From the IMG/VR virus record IMGVR_UViG_3300028127_000003: a stretch of 64,000 nt of DNA, one strand, 5' to 3'. The notes below the pieces were generated by a model, which searched no databases, was not told where the DNA came from, and saw only the letters and a list, made by a program, of their open reading frames with translations. Origin of the DNA: a virus. The position numbers and the translations under genes are program-made. Below are positions 20,754-30,045 of the stretch, piece after piece (the stretch's first letter is position 1; each line of letters begins with the position of its first letter).

Positions 20754-20815
20754 ATTACTATACTAATATAAGCAAAAAATCTGAGATAAAAAAACTTTTA
20801 GCTGTTTATTTTCAA
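20754..20815 (-). promoter_or_regulatory. Class I (early-type) repeated upstream element
   Basis: ATTACTATACTAATATAAGCAAAAAATCTGAGATAAAAAAACTTTTAGCTGTTTATTTTC on plus strand. Confidence 0.7.
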
Positions 20816-20842
20816 AAAACTTTTGGTTATAACCAGAAGTTA

Positions 20843-21439
20843 TTACAAAAACTTATGGTACAGTTTACCTAAAGGATATTCGTTATCTTCTGACTCCATC
20901 TTTTCAGGATGCCATTGAACTGCCCATATCTTTTTATCTAAGTCTTCGAATCCTTCAACTACAGAATATAATGGATATGAAAGATGTGTAGCTTTGAAGT
21001 TTTTAGCTAGTATATTACAGTGTTGATGATGCCTAGAATTAACACTAGTTAATGTTCCATTTAAATCTTCAACCGTATGGAATTGAGATGGCTTCCCGCT
21101 ATGATCAACGTCTTCTGAAAAGTCAGCTGCTTTATGATCTTCTACTATTGCATCAGATAAATCTTCTACCGTTCCTCCAAAATAATGATTTAGGATTTGC
21201 ATTCCTCTACATATTCCTAATATTCTATTATTAGAATCCAGGGCCTGTTTAATCCATACGAATTCTTTAGCGTCCCTTTCTTCGTCTTTTCCAATGTCTG
21301 CTCCTCCACATAATAGTAAAGGGCCTTTGACCTTGCGTCTAAGATCTAGCCATATTATTTCATGGTTGTAATGTGAAAGCCAGAGTCGAATTGCCTCTTT
21401 TTCCTTTATTCCCCTTGGAGGTGCTACGTAAATAGTCAT
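20843..21439 (-). CDS. Class I glutamine amidotransferase / gamma-glutamyl hydrolase (peptidase C26, PuuD-like)
   Basis: LLLCGGADI, ILGICRGMQILN (catalytic Cys), VNSRHHQ, AVQWHPE (His-Glu). Confidence 0.85.
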   Translation of the reverse strand: MTIYVAPPRGIKEKEAIRLWLSHYNHEIIWLDLRRKVKGPLLLCGGADIGKDEERDAKEFVWIKQALDSNNRILGICRGMQILNHYFGGTVEDLSDAIVEDHKAADFSEDVDHSGKPSQFHTVEDLNGTLTSVNSRHHQHCNILAKNFKATHLSYPLYSVVEGFEDLDKKIWAVQWHPEKMESEDNEYPLGKLYHKFL

Positions 21440-21476
21440 AATAAAAACCCAATGAATTTGGGTTATTTTTAAAAAG

Positions 21477-22034
21477 CTAGGATTTGAAAAGGTTGTTTAC
21501 CTGATCAACGATATCTTTTCCTTTATAAGATGCCTTAAAATGTTTAAGCAATTCTTTCTTAGCTTTCTTTTTATCAGAAGATGATAAATTGTCAAATCTG
21601 TCTATAATAGAAGAATTGTTATCTTTTGCGGCTCTATATTGTCCACCATCATCGATGTATTGTGCATATAGATCGTATGATTTAAAGTATTTTAAGAATA
21701 ATTCTAGATCAGATAAGATTTCTTTTTCTAGTTGATTCTTTAATTTTCTATAGATGGTTTTCTTTTTGTTATAGTAATATTCCCATCCATCATTTTCTTG
21801 CATTCTCCATCCACTTACTTTATACATGTGGATTGTATCTTTAGAAGATAATTTGATTTCAAATTTAATACCCTTGTCAGTTGAAAGATCTTCAATGCTT
21901 TTAAGCATATCTTCCTTAGGTAATAATCTCGCCATAATCCATTCAACTTCCTGTTTCATTTCTTCAGGAGAACCCCAGTTCTTTTTGAAATCGTTATATG
22001 CGTAATACTTTTCGAATGTCATTAGATGTTTCAT
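21477..22034 (-). CDS. Hypothetical protein with shared leader (MKHLMTFEKY)
   Basis: Leader variant, late-type motif at 22039-22046. Confidence 0.55.
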   Translation of the reverse strand: MKHLMTFEKYYAYNDFKKNWGSPEEMKQEVEWIMARLLPKEDMLKSIEDLSTDKGIKFEIKLSSKDTIHMYKVSGWRMQENDGWEYYYNKKKTIYRKLKNQLEKEILSDLELFLKYFKSYDLYAQYIDDGGQYRAAKDNNSSIIDRFDNLSSSDKKKAKKELLKHFKASYKGKDIVDQVNNLFKS

Positions 22035-22045
22035 ACTCTATATAT

Positions 22046-22771
22046 CTATCCTACGAATCCAGGATCTCCAGCTCTTCTATCCCATCCGATATGTTTGACA
22101 TATCCATCATTATCGTCCACTGATAAACTAACAACTATAAAACCCTGATCTCTATACCAGTGATCTACGAGATGTTCTCTAACCATTCCCGTGTACCCGT
22201 TATTTAATAGTCTATAGTCGCTCATTCTTTTTAAGCCTGGATTCCAGCTAAATCCCATATAATCCCTGACTATCATGGGAGTACCATCTTCGTTCAAGTC
22301 TCCTGTTGAAAAACTGGCAGGAAGAACAGCTCTAACTTTCATTCCGTTTAATTCAAATACTCTTTCAGATATTTTATTTAAAATCCTATCGTTCTTTGGG
22401 CGTATCCATGCTTGTAATATTTTTTCACTAGCAGAGAGAATTCTAATAGAATCTTCGATAAATCCATGTCTATAGAATTCCCAATCTTCTTCACAATGAA
22501 AAACATATTTAGTAGTTACGGTAGAGTATGCTTTATCTATTGACTTTGACTGTCCTAGTTTATTTTCATTAAACATAAACTCTAAAGAGTTATTATACTT
22601 CTTATTAAGCTCATTACATGCATCAAATACTTCTTCCTGTGCAGAGTCCTCTGTTATAATAAATCTTTCAATTGGATATGTGTTGAATTTAAAAAAAGAG
22701 TCTAGTGTTTTTTCTAAAAGATCAACTCTTCCACATGAGGTAAGAACAACTGTAACTGAATTTATTTCCAT
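22046..22771 (-). CDS. Glycosyltransferase, GT-A fold (GT2-like)
   Basis: VTVVLTSCGRVDLLEKTLDSF, ITEDS, YVFHCEEDWEF, YVKHIG. Confidence 0.75.
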   Translation of the reverse strand: MEINSVTVVLTSCGRVDLLEKTLDSFFKFNTYPIERFIITEDSAQEEVFDACNELNKKYNNSLEFMFNENKLGQSKSIDKAYSTVTTKYVFHCEEDWEFYRHGFIEDSIRILSASEKILQAWIRPKNDRILNKISERVFELNGMKVRAVLPASFSTGDLNEDGTPMIVRDYMGFSWNPGLKRMSDYRLLNNGYTGMVREHLVDHWYRDQGFIVVSLSVDDNDGYVKHIGWDRRAGDPGFVG

Positions 22772-23103
22772 AGTATTTGTATCGATATTAAAATAAGGGT
22801 TAATAATAGAGACACTCCGGTCTTCGCCGTGATACCTTCATTCATAAAGTAATAAGTCATAGCAGTAAATATAAGAATACCACTAGCAAAACCTATGAAT
22901 CTTCCAGGCCAAAGTAAACCGTCAAAGTGCTCAACAACCATCTGTGTTGCTTTAATTAAAATGTAACTAATAATAGAACCCATTCCAATGGCAACTGGCC
23001 ATGGGTTTTTCTTAAACCAGGGCCATACAAATTGTCCATTAGTTTGAATCCAAATAAGTCCTTGCCCTAAGAGGAATAATAAAAAGCCGTAAAAAAGTTT
23101 CAT
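22762..23103 (-). CDS. Small multi-pass membrane protein
   Basis: Four hydrophobic segments in 113 aa. Confidence 0.6.
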   Translation of the reverse strand: MKLFYGFLLFLLGQGLIWIQTNGQFVWPWFKKNPWPVAIGMGSIISYILIKATQMVVEHFDGLLWPGRFIGFASGILIFTAMTYYFMNEGITAKTGVSLLLTLILISIQILWK

Positions 23104-23759
23104 TAGAATAATGAATTAGTAGTAGTTAATAGATGTGATATAAATGAAGGCCTATGTGAATCACTGGCTCCCATTTCCTTTATTGCAGTTATATGTTGCT
23201 TTGTTCCATATCCTTTATTAGAATTCCATCCATATCCTGGAGTTTCTTCATCTAATTCTTTCATTAACATATCTCTACTTGTTTTAGCAAGTATGGATGC
23301 AGCAGCGATAGAACTATATTTATTATCTCCACCTATTACGGTTTTAAAAGGTATTCCTTCATATCCGTGGAATTGATCTCCATCCACTAATATAAAATTA
23401 AATGAATTGTCAATAGTGTTTAGACATTCTTTCATTCCTAGAAGAGTAGCCTTTAATATGTTAGTAGATTCTATTGTTTCCGTATCTATATGCTGAACGC
23501 TATACGCAATTGCGTTATCTAATACTATTTCCCTAGCCTCTTTTCTTTGAGATTCATTTAGCAATTTAGAATCTTTTATTAAAGGATGGTTAAATCCATA
23601 CGGCATAATAACCGCAGATACTGTAACTGGGCCTGCCAAGGCACCTCGACCTGCTTCGTCTATTCCAACTTCAACGATACTTCTATCGTCATTATAACTT
23701 CCTTTAAGTAAGATGTGTTTTGCTTTCTCCATATTAAGTTTTATAGGAGTTATACACAC
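23103..23759 (-). CDS. rnhB: Ribonuclease HII
   Basis: GIDEAGRGALAGPV, IKDSKLL, ILVDG, GDNKYSSIAAASILAK, NKGYGTKQH, HRPSF. Confidence 0.93.
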   Translation of the reverse strand: MCITPIKLNMEKAKHILLKGSYNDDRSIVEVGIDEAGRGALAGPVTVSAVIMPYGFNHPLIKDSKLLNESQRKEAREIVLDNAIAYSVQHIDTETIESTNILKATLLGMKECLNTIDNSFNFILVDGDQFHGYEGIPFKTVIGGDNKYSSIAAASILAKTSRDMLMKELDEETPGYGWNSNKGYGTKQHITAIKEMGASDSHRPSFISHLLTTTNSLF

Positions 23760-23773
23760 ATTTAGTGAAATGT

Positions 23774-24502
23774 TTATTTAGGCTCGTGGTTTTCCTTCCA
23801 CTTATCGTATCTCTTTACAACTTCCTGAAGGATCTTTGCTCTAACAATATCTTTTTCAGTAAATTCATGCACACCTATTCCTTTAATACCTGTCATTAAT
23901 TCAGTAAACGAAGGTAAACCAACATTGGCTTTAGATATATCATGCTGGCTAACGTCTCCTGTTACTATAACCTTAGAGTCTTTACCCATTCTTGTTACAA
24001 ATAACATTAACTGCTTGAACGTTGCATTCTGTGCTTCATCTAATACCATTAATGATCCGTCAAATGTATCACCTCTCATATAAGCCATTGGCCTAAATAC
24101 AATAACTTCTTTCTCTACGAGAGTTTGTGCTATTTCAGATCCTACTATTTTTGTAATGTTCGATATGTATGATTGCATGAATGGATCTATCTTGTCTGCG
24201 ATATCTCCTGGTAAAAATCCTAACTTTTCACCTGCTTCCTGGATGGGTTTACATAATACTATTTGTGAAATCTCTTTTCTAGCTAAGAGGAGGAGTGCAG
24301 TATAACATGCTGTAAATGTTTTGGATGTTCCAGCTGGACCTGTGCAAAACGTTATCTGATTCTCTAGTATTGTGTTTGTATATTTCTTTTGGGATTGTCT
24401 TAATTGTACTCCTTTTAATTCTGCTTCTTTTATTCCGTATCTTCTTCTTCTAGGTCCATCGGAACTAGATGAAGATTTATTGTTTGAATTGTTTCTGCTC
24501 AT
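23774..24502 (-). CDS. phoH: PhoH-like ATPase
   Basis: GPAGTSKT, LGFLPGD, YMRGDTF, LDEAQN, TGDVSQHD. Confidence 0.92.
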   Translation of the reverse strand: MSRNNSNNKSSSSSDGPRRRRYGIKEAELKGVQLRQSQKKYTNTILENQITFCTGPAGTSKTFTACYTALLLLARKEISQIVLCKPIQEAGEKLGFLPGDIADKIDPFMQSYISNITKIVGSEIAQTLVEKEVIVFRPMAYMRGDTFDGSLMVLDEAQNATFKQLMLFVTRMGKDSKVIVTGDVSQHDISKANVGLPSFTELMTGIKGIGVHEFTEKDIVRAKILQEVVKRYDKWKENHEPK

Positions 24503-24516
24503 CGAGTTTAATTTTT

Positions 24517-24816
24517 TTAGTCTCCTGCCATTATTACCGTTTTTTTAAGCTGCAATAACGTATCACATTTTTCATACTCCTCAAGTTCTTCAAAATATTC
24601 TATAATAATATCTATGAACTTGCTTCTTTGTCCTTCGCCATGAGGGATTTCTATCGTATTCTTGCCTTCGCTGAATACAACAAATCTATTAATGGTTTTA
24701 GTAAAATTTCTTGTGATAGTATAATAGCTTGATCTCATCAATGCGTCTTTGTCATCACTAAAAGATTCCTTCATTACAAAGTATATTTTTTTATATCGAG
24801 ATATTAATAATCTCAA
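24517..24816 (-). CDS. Small protein with C-terminal UVR-like motif
   Basis: IIEYFEELEEYEKCDTLLQLKK; true start may be MKESF. Confidence 0.6.
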   Translation of the reverse strand: MRLLISRYKKIYFVMKESFSDDKDALMRSSYYTITRNFTKTINRFVVFSEGKNTIEIPHGEGQRSKFIDIIIEYFEELEEYEKCDTLLQLKKTVIMAGD

Positions 24817-24880
24817 TTTATATATTTAATTCCGGTAAGGTCTAAGGTAAAATGAAGTAAAAAAATATGTTATTATATTT

Positions 24881-25078
24881 CTACTTGTCCTTGTTTTCGG
24901 CGTTAGATTTCTTTTGAAGATATATTGCCTTTTGGAACTTAAGTCTCTTTAATGCAGAGGGCTTCGTATATTGCTTTTCATCTCTAACCTTTTTCATCTG
25001 TTTGGTCTTAATGGTTTTACGCTTATACTGTTTTAAAGCTTTTTCTATATTCCCTTTATCTACATTAATTATTAACAT
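24881..25078 (-). CDS. rpsU: Ribosomal protein bS21
   Basis: MLIINVDKGNIEKALKQYKRK...YTKPSALKR...KAIY; matches Bacteroidota-type bS21, 65 aa basic. Confidence 0.88.
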   Translation of the reverse strand: MLIINVDKGNIEKALKQYKRKTIKTKQMKKVRDEKQYTKPSALKRLKFQKAIYLQKKSNAENKDK

Positions 25079-25377
25079 ATATTGCTTATGATTTTTTTAA
25101 GTTCATGGCATCTTTCATATTCTTCTTGTTCTGCGAAATATTTGATAACCGTTTCTAGTGCTGCTATTTTTTCTTCTTTAGGAGAATTATTGTTTAATGC
25201 TCCCATTTCATTTTCAATTATAGCCTTATAAATTAAGTCCATCATTATCTCTTTGGATGATGATTTCAATTTTTCAATAAACGCGATTGATTCTACGCTG
25301 TTGTTAACTTCAAATTCTGGATTATTTCTATTGGTATCTGAATTATCCCATTCGTCAAAATCTGGTAAATCATTCAT
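25072..25377 (-). CDS. Small protein with C-terminal UVR-like motif
   Basis: LETVIKYFAEQEEYERCHELKKII. Confidence 0.65.
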   Translation of the reverse strand: MNDLPDFDEWDNSDTNRNNPEFEVNNSVESIAFIEKLKSSSKEIMMDLIYKAIIENEMGALNNNSPKEEKIAALETVIKYFAEQEEYERCHELKKIISNIC

Positions 25378-26170
25378 TGTCTATTTCTTTTATTTTTTTT
25401 ATTAGTTCTATTTGTGAATCTTTAAGGGGTGGATTAAATGCATTTAACTTCACCATAAGGTTACCATAAGTATTCATACTATATATCGGGAATCCTTTAC
25501 CACTTATTCTTAATATCTTATTATTCTGTGAATTTGGAGGAACATTTACCTTTATTTTATAAAAAGGCGTATTGATTTCTATTTCAGTTCCTAGAATCAT
25601 ATCATAAAAAGAAACATTTGCATCTACATAGATGTCATTTCCGTTTAATATAATCCTATCATCATATTTTAAATTAATTATAATGATTAGATCTCCTTTG
25701 GGTGCAGATGAATTAGCAGGATGAGGTTGACCTTTTCCACTAATTTTTAACTTCATACCTTCATAAACTCCTTTAGGTATATTAACGTTTAGTTTTTTAG
25801 AACCTATGTCTACTCTCTTTTGGGTTCCATGATAAGATTCTTCTAGGGTTATTGTCATTCTAACCGTAACGTCTCTTCCTTTTGAAGAGGAACCAAACGC
25901 ATCATTGAACATATCACTGAAGGATCCTTCTCCGTTTTGAAACCAACTATGAAATGGATTGTCAGAAGACTTATATCCTAATTCAATATCATACTTTCTT
26001 TTTCTGTTCTCGTCAGATAAAACCTCGTATGCTGTAACTATTTCTTTAAAGGAAGACTCATCCCCTTCGACGGTATCGGGATGATATTGCTTTGCTAGTT
26101 TACGATAGGCCTTCTTAATCTCGGCTTGGCTTGCTGACTTGTCTATCTGCAGCAGTTCGTAGTAGTTCAT
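25370..26170 (-). CDS. dnaJ: DnaJ-class co-chaperone (J domain plus C-terminal domain, no Zn finger)
   Basis: NYYELLQI..EIKKAYRKLAKQYHPD; KGDLII; C-terminal LRISGKGFP. Confidence 0.9.
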   Translation of the reverse strand: MNYYELLQIDKSASQAEIKKAYRKLAKQYHPDTVEGDESSFKEIVTAYEVLSDENRKRKYDIELGYKSSDNPFHSWFQNGEGSFSDMFNDAFGSSSKGRDVTVRMTITLEESYHGTQKRVDIGSKKLNVNIPKGVYEGMKLKISGKGQPHPANSSAPKGDLIIIINLKYDDRIILNGNDIYVDANVSFYDMILGTEIEINTPFYKIKVNVPPNSQNNKILRISGKGFPIYSMNTYGNLMVKLNAFNPPLKDSQIELIKKIKEIDNE

Positions 26171-26324
26171 TCTTTCTTTTCTTTACGGCTTCCTTAACGA
26201 CTTTAATGCTCTTTCTTTTTTCAACCACATCTCTTTTCTGTTGGTTTTCCATAAGATCTGCAATTCTCGTAAGTTGCTCCGCAATGACTTTTAATAATTG
26301 TTCTTCCATGATATATTTATACAC
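26115..26324 (-). CDS. Hypothetical protein
   Basis: 69-aa ORF with TATAAATA upstream. Confidence 0.45.
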   Translation of the reverse strand: MYKYIMEEQLLKVIAEQLTRIADLMENQQKRDVVEKRKSIKVVKEAVKKRKNELLRTAADRQVSKPSRD

Positions 26325-26327
26325 ATT

Positions 26328-26612
26328 TTATTTATTGTCTAGAATATTTTTAAGATGTGCACATTTTTCATATTCTTCAGATTCCTGAAACCAATCTAAC
26401 ATTTGCTGTAATGTTCTGATAATCGGTTCTATTTCTATGCCGTTGTCTTGCATTGATTTAAAGTCAACTCCTTTTTCTAAGATCATATCCCAGTTATTTC
26501 TAACTAGTTTATCTTTCAGTTCGTGAAGGTTATTTTCCATATCTGCATTTTTTTGAATTTGAGCTATTTCATCGTGCTCATCGTTGTTTTGGTCTTCGAA
26601 GTCTTCAAACAT
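26328..26612 (-). CDS. Small protein with C-terminal UVR-like motif (early-type promoter)
   Basis: LQQMLDWFQESEEYEKCAHLKNIL. Confidence 0.65.
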   Translation of the reverse strand: MFEDFEDQNNDEHDEIAQIQKNADMENNLHELKDKLVRNNWDMILEKGVDFKSMQDNGIEIEPIIRTLQQMLDWFQESEEYEKCAHLKNILDNK

Positions 26613-26627
26613 ATTTCTTTATTTTTA

Positions 26628-26690
26628 ATTACTATACTAATATAAGCAAAATTTCTGAGATAAAAAAACTTTTAACTGTTTATTTTCAAA
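26628..26690 (-). promoter_or_regulatory. Class I (early-type) repeated upstream element
   Basis: ATTACTATACTAATATAAGCAAAATTTCTGAGATAAAAAAAC...CTGTTTATTTTC. Confidence 0.7.
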
Positions 26691-26700
26691 AAAGTTTAAA

Positions 26701-27444
26701 TTAAAATGGAGCTTCAACCTTAGATACTAGTTCCATATCTGACATCTTTAACATCACGTTCATAGTTCCAATAACATCATCTTCACAATAGTCTTTAATT
26801 TCTTCTAATCTTCCAGCGTAATACGCTTCTGATACTTCACCACCATACATGTTTTGTTTAGGAGAAGGTATCTGTAAAAGATCACAGATCATAGAAAGAG
26901 ATGCACCATTCCATCCGCCAAATTTCCATATTTCATTAGTGTCTAATAGACAATTCTCCCATGGCTTAAGTTTTTGTAAGTGTAATTGTTGTGGAATTTC
27001 TACACCTTGAATAATGGATCTTTTAATTAAGTAAGGCATATCAAAGCCTTTAATGTTATGACCTACTATTTGAATTTTAGGATTTGCCTTAAAGATTAAT
27101 GCCATCGTATCCATAAATTCCTTTAGAGTATTCTTTTCATCATCTCCATAAAAAGACTTTATCTTAGGGGTAGGTGTAATGCCATCTGGGAAGGTGACTT
27201 GTCCGATTGTAATAACTACTGCTCTTCCGAATTCAGGATAAAGGGCAGCATCCTTGATATACATATCAGCATCTGAAACTCCTTCATACTCTGATTTACT
27301 TTGTCTACCATACTTTGCTTTCTTTTCCCAGTGTGAGTATGCATTTTCTCCAATAATCTCTGCAAAGCTATCTAAGTCCTTTGCAGCAGTTGACGTTTCA
27401 ATGTCAATAAATAACATGTTTTTTAAATCTGAAATACTATACAT
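26701..27444 (-). CDS. 3'-5' exonuclease (PolB-proofreading-like DEDD family)
   Basis: FIDIET, GHNIKGFDMPYL, LDTNEIWKFG, YCEDDV. Confidence 0.85.
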   Translation of the reverse strand: MYSISDLKNMLFIDIETSTAAKDLDSFAEIIGENAYSHWEKKAKYGRQSKSEYEGVSDADMYIKDAALYPEFGRAVVITIGQVTFPDGITPTPKIKSFYGDDEKNTLKEFMDTMALIFKANPKIQIVGHNIKGFDMPYLIKRSIIQGVEIPQQLHLQKLKPWENCLLDTNEIWKFGGWNGASLSMICDLLQIPSPKQNMYGGEVSEAYYAGRLEEIKDYCEDDVIGTMNVMLKMSDMELVSKVEAPF

Positions 27445-27685
27445 CTTTTTCTTGTTTTGGGTGAGTTTTTCTAATATTATAAATAGAGACTGGATATCTC
27501 ATTTGTCTTCCATAATTTCCATTAACAAATGTAAACCATCGATGGCCGTATGTTTCTGTTAATTTGTCAGAGGTACCTTCTAACTTTCCTACTTCCCATG
27601 ATCCTGCGAAATAGAAATAGTACGTTTCGCCAATAATTGGCTTCTTAACGTGAATAATCTCTAGCTTCTTTTTCTTCTTTGCCAT
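27437..27685 (-). CDS. Hypothetical protein
   Basis: Start moved to MAKKK (27685) because a class II promoter covers 27690-27717. Confidence 0.55.
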   Translation of the reverse strand: MAKKKKKLEIIHVKKPIIGETYYFYFAGSWEVGKLEGTSDKLTETYGHRWFTFVNGNYGRQMRYPVSIYNIRKTHPKQEKDV

Positions 27686-27714
27686 ATAGATTATACTCAA
27701 ATATGTGTAATTGT

Positions 27715-28182
27715 TTATATTTTCTTCTTTAATCTCATTAAGTATACTACTCTAGAGAAATGATAAAAGGAAAGAATAGGTATCTGTAACACTTCAAACA
27801 AGAATAAATTCTGTTCAGTGTTTATAAAGAGTGTTGGATATAATATTGCAGATATTATTCCAAAGATTTTAAATCTTTTATCAAAGAGCATGATCCATGT
27901 CGATGACATAAAAAATAGAATAGCAGATATATTATGTATTGTAGGGTAATTTGCAACGCTAAAGCTTGCTATGATTATTAATAAGAATGCCGGTATTTTC
28001 CATTCAATAGAACGATGAAGCCATAATCCTAATGAAACTCCTATTGTTAATAAAGGGAATAAGATTGGTTTTAATTGATGATAATCACTATAACTATCCT
28101 CTATGCCTAGGATTAATGGCAGACACACTGTATATAATATTGCGTAAATACACAGTGCAAATCGTAACCATAATCTATTCAT
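27715..28182 (-). CDS. Multi-pass membrane protein
   Basis: About five hydrophobic segments; class II motif upstream (28209-28237). Confidence 0.6.
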   Translation of the reverse strand: MNRLWLRFALCIYAILYTVCLPLILGIEDSYSDYHQLKPILFPLLTIGVSLGLWLHRSIEWKIPAFLLIIIASFSVANYPTIHNISAILFFMSSTWIMLFDKRFKIFGIISAILYPTLFINTEQNLFLFEVLQIPILSFYHFSRVVYLMRLKKKI

Positions 28183-28238
28183 ACTTGGAAGTTTATTAAC
28201 TATACTTAACTATACACTTCCATTTGGAATTGTTTCAA

Positions 28239-28463
28239 TTAAAAGTGTCCGTGTTCTTTAACACGTCTTATCATAAGATATGTGTTATATGATACGTTAA
28301 TTTCTGCATATCCTCCTGTAATTGTAGAAGGACAAGATTCTCTAGAAATCCAATAGCTAGGTGGTTCTTTAATTCTTTCTGTTATAAAGTCAAACAGTTT
28401 GTCAATGTCCATGTGATGAACCCATAAGTTCACATGCATACAAGTCATATCCGGATATGCCAT
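28239..28463 (-). CDS. Hypothetical protein
   Basis: 74-aa ORF in operon. Confidence 0.5.
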   Translation of the reverse strand: MAYPDMTCMHVNLWVHHMDIDKLFDFITERIKEPPSYWISRESCPSTITGGYAEINVSYNTYLMIRRVKEHGHF

Positions 28464-28466
28464 AAT

Positions 28467-29420
28467 TTATTCTTTTATTTCGAATCGTTCGCTGTCAAGT
28501 TCTATAGTTTTTTTATCTAAATCATTAGATAATTTTGTTAGGGCCTTGTCAGTATCTTTGTTTACTTCTCTTCCGTAAAAGTCTTTAAATATTTTACGGT
28601 ATATTTGCACAGTAGAATCATAAGGAACTCCAGGTTGAGAATTACTTTCTATAATATACAATTTTCCTTCTTGATCTTCCATTATATCAAAACATATATA
28701 TGGTAAATCTTTAAACTTATCACAGAATTTTTCTATTAGTGTTTTAAATTTTTCAGGAAGAGTTGTAATATCTCTTTTGATATATTTAAAATTCATTTCT
28801 TCTTTTCCGTCACCATCACCTGATTTTGCTTTATCATTTAATGGTTCTCTTTCCATCCAAAAGAAAGCATCTCCTTTAAAGTTAATTATTCTATGCTCTG
28901 ATTTCTTATCTACGAATTCGGAATATACGTCAAATTTAGAATGATCAGCTTTATCCCAATCTTCCTGAGATTTAAAAACCTGAATTCCAATACCTGAATG
29001 TCCTTCAGCTGGCTTTGCAATTAATGGAAAACCAATTTCTAAAGCTTCTTTCTCGTCATGGCATGTTTGTGGAATGTTTTCATCTCCATCGACTATTTTA
29101 TGAAACTCTGCCTTAGATCCAGATTGCTTAATGAATTCTGGTCTATTATATACATTTTCTTTTTTAACTAATCCTTCCTTTAAAAGGGTTTCAACTACTC
29201 CTGAATTATAGGTTAATATAGGATAGTCTGGATTAATATCTATGTCTTTATAATTGTCTTTATTGATTTGTATAAAGAAATTATCTGACGCAAATCCTTT
29301 ATAAGACCACCACCTGTGACCTGAGTCGGGATCAATTGCTAGATAAACTTTAAAAAGATCATTAGTATCTTCGTTTAGGCTTTCGTTAATAAATTGGTTG
29401 AATGATTGTATTTGCTTCAT
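28467..29420 (-). CDS. ATP-grasp ligase (RimK-like) with shared N-terminal leader
   Basis: FPLIAKPAEGHSGIGI, YSEFVD..SEHRI, FDIMED..KLYIIESNSQPG; leader MKQIQSFNQFINE. Confidence 0.8.
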   Translation of the reverse strand: MKQIQSFNQFINESLNEDTNDLFKVYLAIDPDSGHRWWSYKGFASDNFFIQINKDNYKDIDINPDYPILTYNSGVVETLLKEGLVKKENVYNRPEFIKQSGSKAEFHKIVDGDENIPQTCHDEKEALEIGFPLIAKPAEGHSGIGIQVFKSQEDWDKADHSKFDVYSEFVDKKSEHRIINFKGDAFFWMEREPLNDKAKSGDGDGKEEMNFKYIKRDITTLPEKFKTLIEKFCDKFKDLPYICFDIMEDQEGKLYIIESNSQPGVPYDSTVQIYRKIFKDFYGREVNKDTDKALTKLSNDLDKKTIELDSERFEIKE

Positions 29421-29427
29421 ATTCTAT

Positions 29428-30045
29428 TTATCCACTCATCTTACAGAAACTTACAGTAATATACCTTGTTCCTGAAAAAATAGGCTTTGCACCGTGTCTA
29501 TGTGTAATTGCACCTGGGTGTAAAGCTGCCATTCCAACTCTAGGAGGACTAATATTTGCCTTATATAATGGGAAATAAGTTCCACCTCCTGTAAAATCTT
29601 CATTCATTCTAACAACAGTTGTTAAATGGCTATTATCATGGTGAAGAGAAAGGTGCGCTTGTGTTTCTGTAGTATACTTTACAATAAATGTTTCATCTGA
29701 CATAGAATTCCACTGCTTTCCTTCTAAAGTCCAGAACCATATTCCTAATGGCCTAACAAATTCGTTAAGAACCTTTGAGTAAATTTCATTCATCCATACT
29801 TTGTCAATGAGCATGTCGGTTGTTGGATAAAATTCATGTCTATCTACTGTCCATTCTCCTTCAGTTTCACATAGTTCAATTAGATCTTTACAAAACTGTT
29901 CTTTAAATAAAGGAAATACTAAAACACTCGGAGCCGCTTCGTCAACTATGAGTTCATATTCTCCTTTTCTTAAAAGGGGATCGATGTATTTGTCACACCA
30001 TGCATCCCAATCGCTTGCATCTAAAATTTCTACGTATTTTCCCAT
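29428..30045 (-). CDS. 2OG-Fe(II) dioxygenase, procollagen lysyl hydroxylase (PLOD) catalytic-domain-like
   Basis: FPLFKEQFCKDLI...W...PTTD; FIVKY...LSLHHDNS; GGGTYF; LHPGAITHRHGA...GTRYITVSF parallel the PLOD C-terminal domain (HxD...H...R). Confidence 0.8.
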   Translation of the reverse strand: MGKYVEILDASDWDAWCDKYIDPLLRKGEYELIVDEAAPSVLVFPLFKEQFCKDLIELCETEGEWTVDRHEFYPTTDMLIDKVWMNEIYSKVLNEFVRPLGIWFWTLEGKQWNSMSDETFIVKYTTETQAHLSLHHDNSHLTTVVRMNEDFTGGGTYFPLYKANISPPRVGMAALHPGAITHRHGAKPIFSGTRYITVSFCKMSG

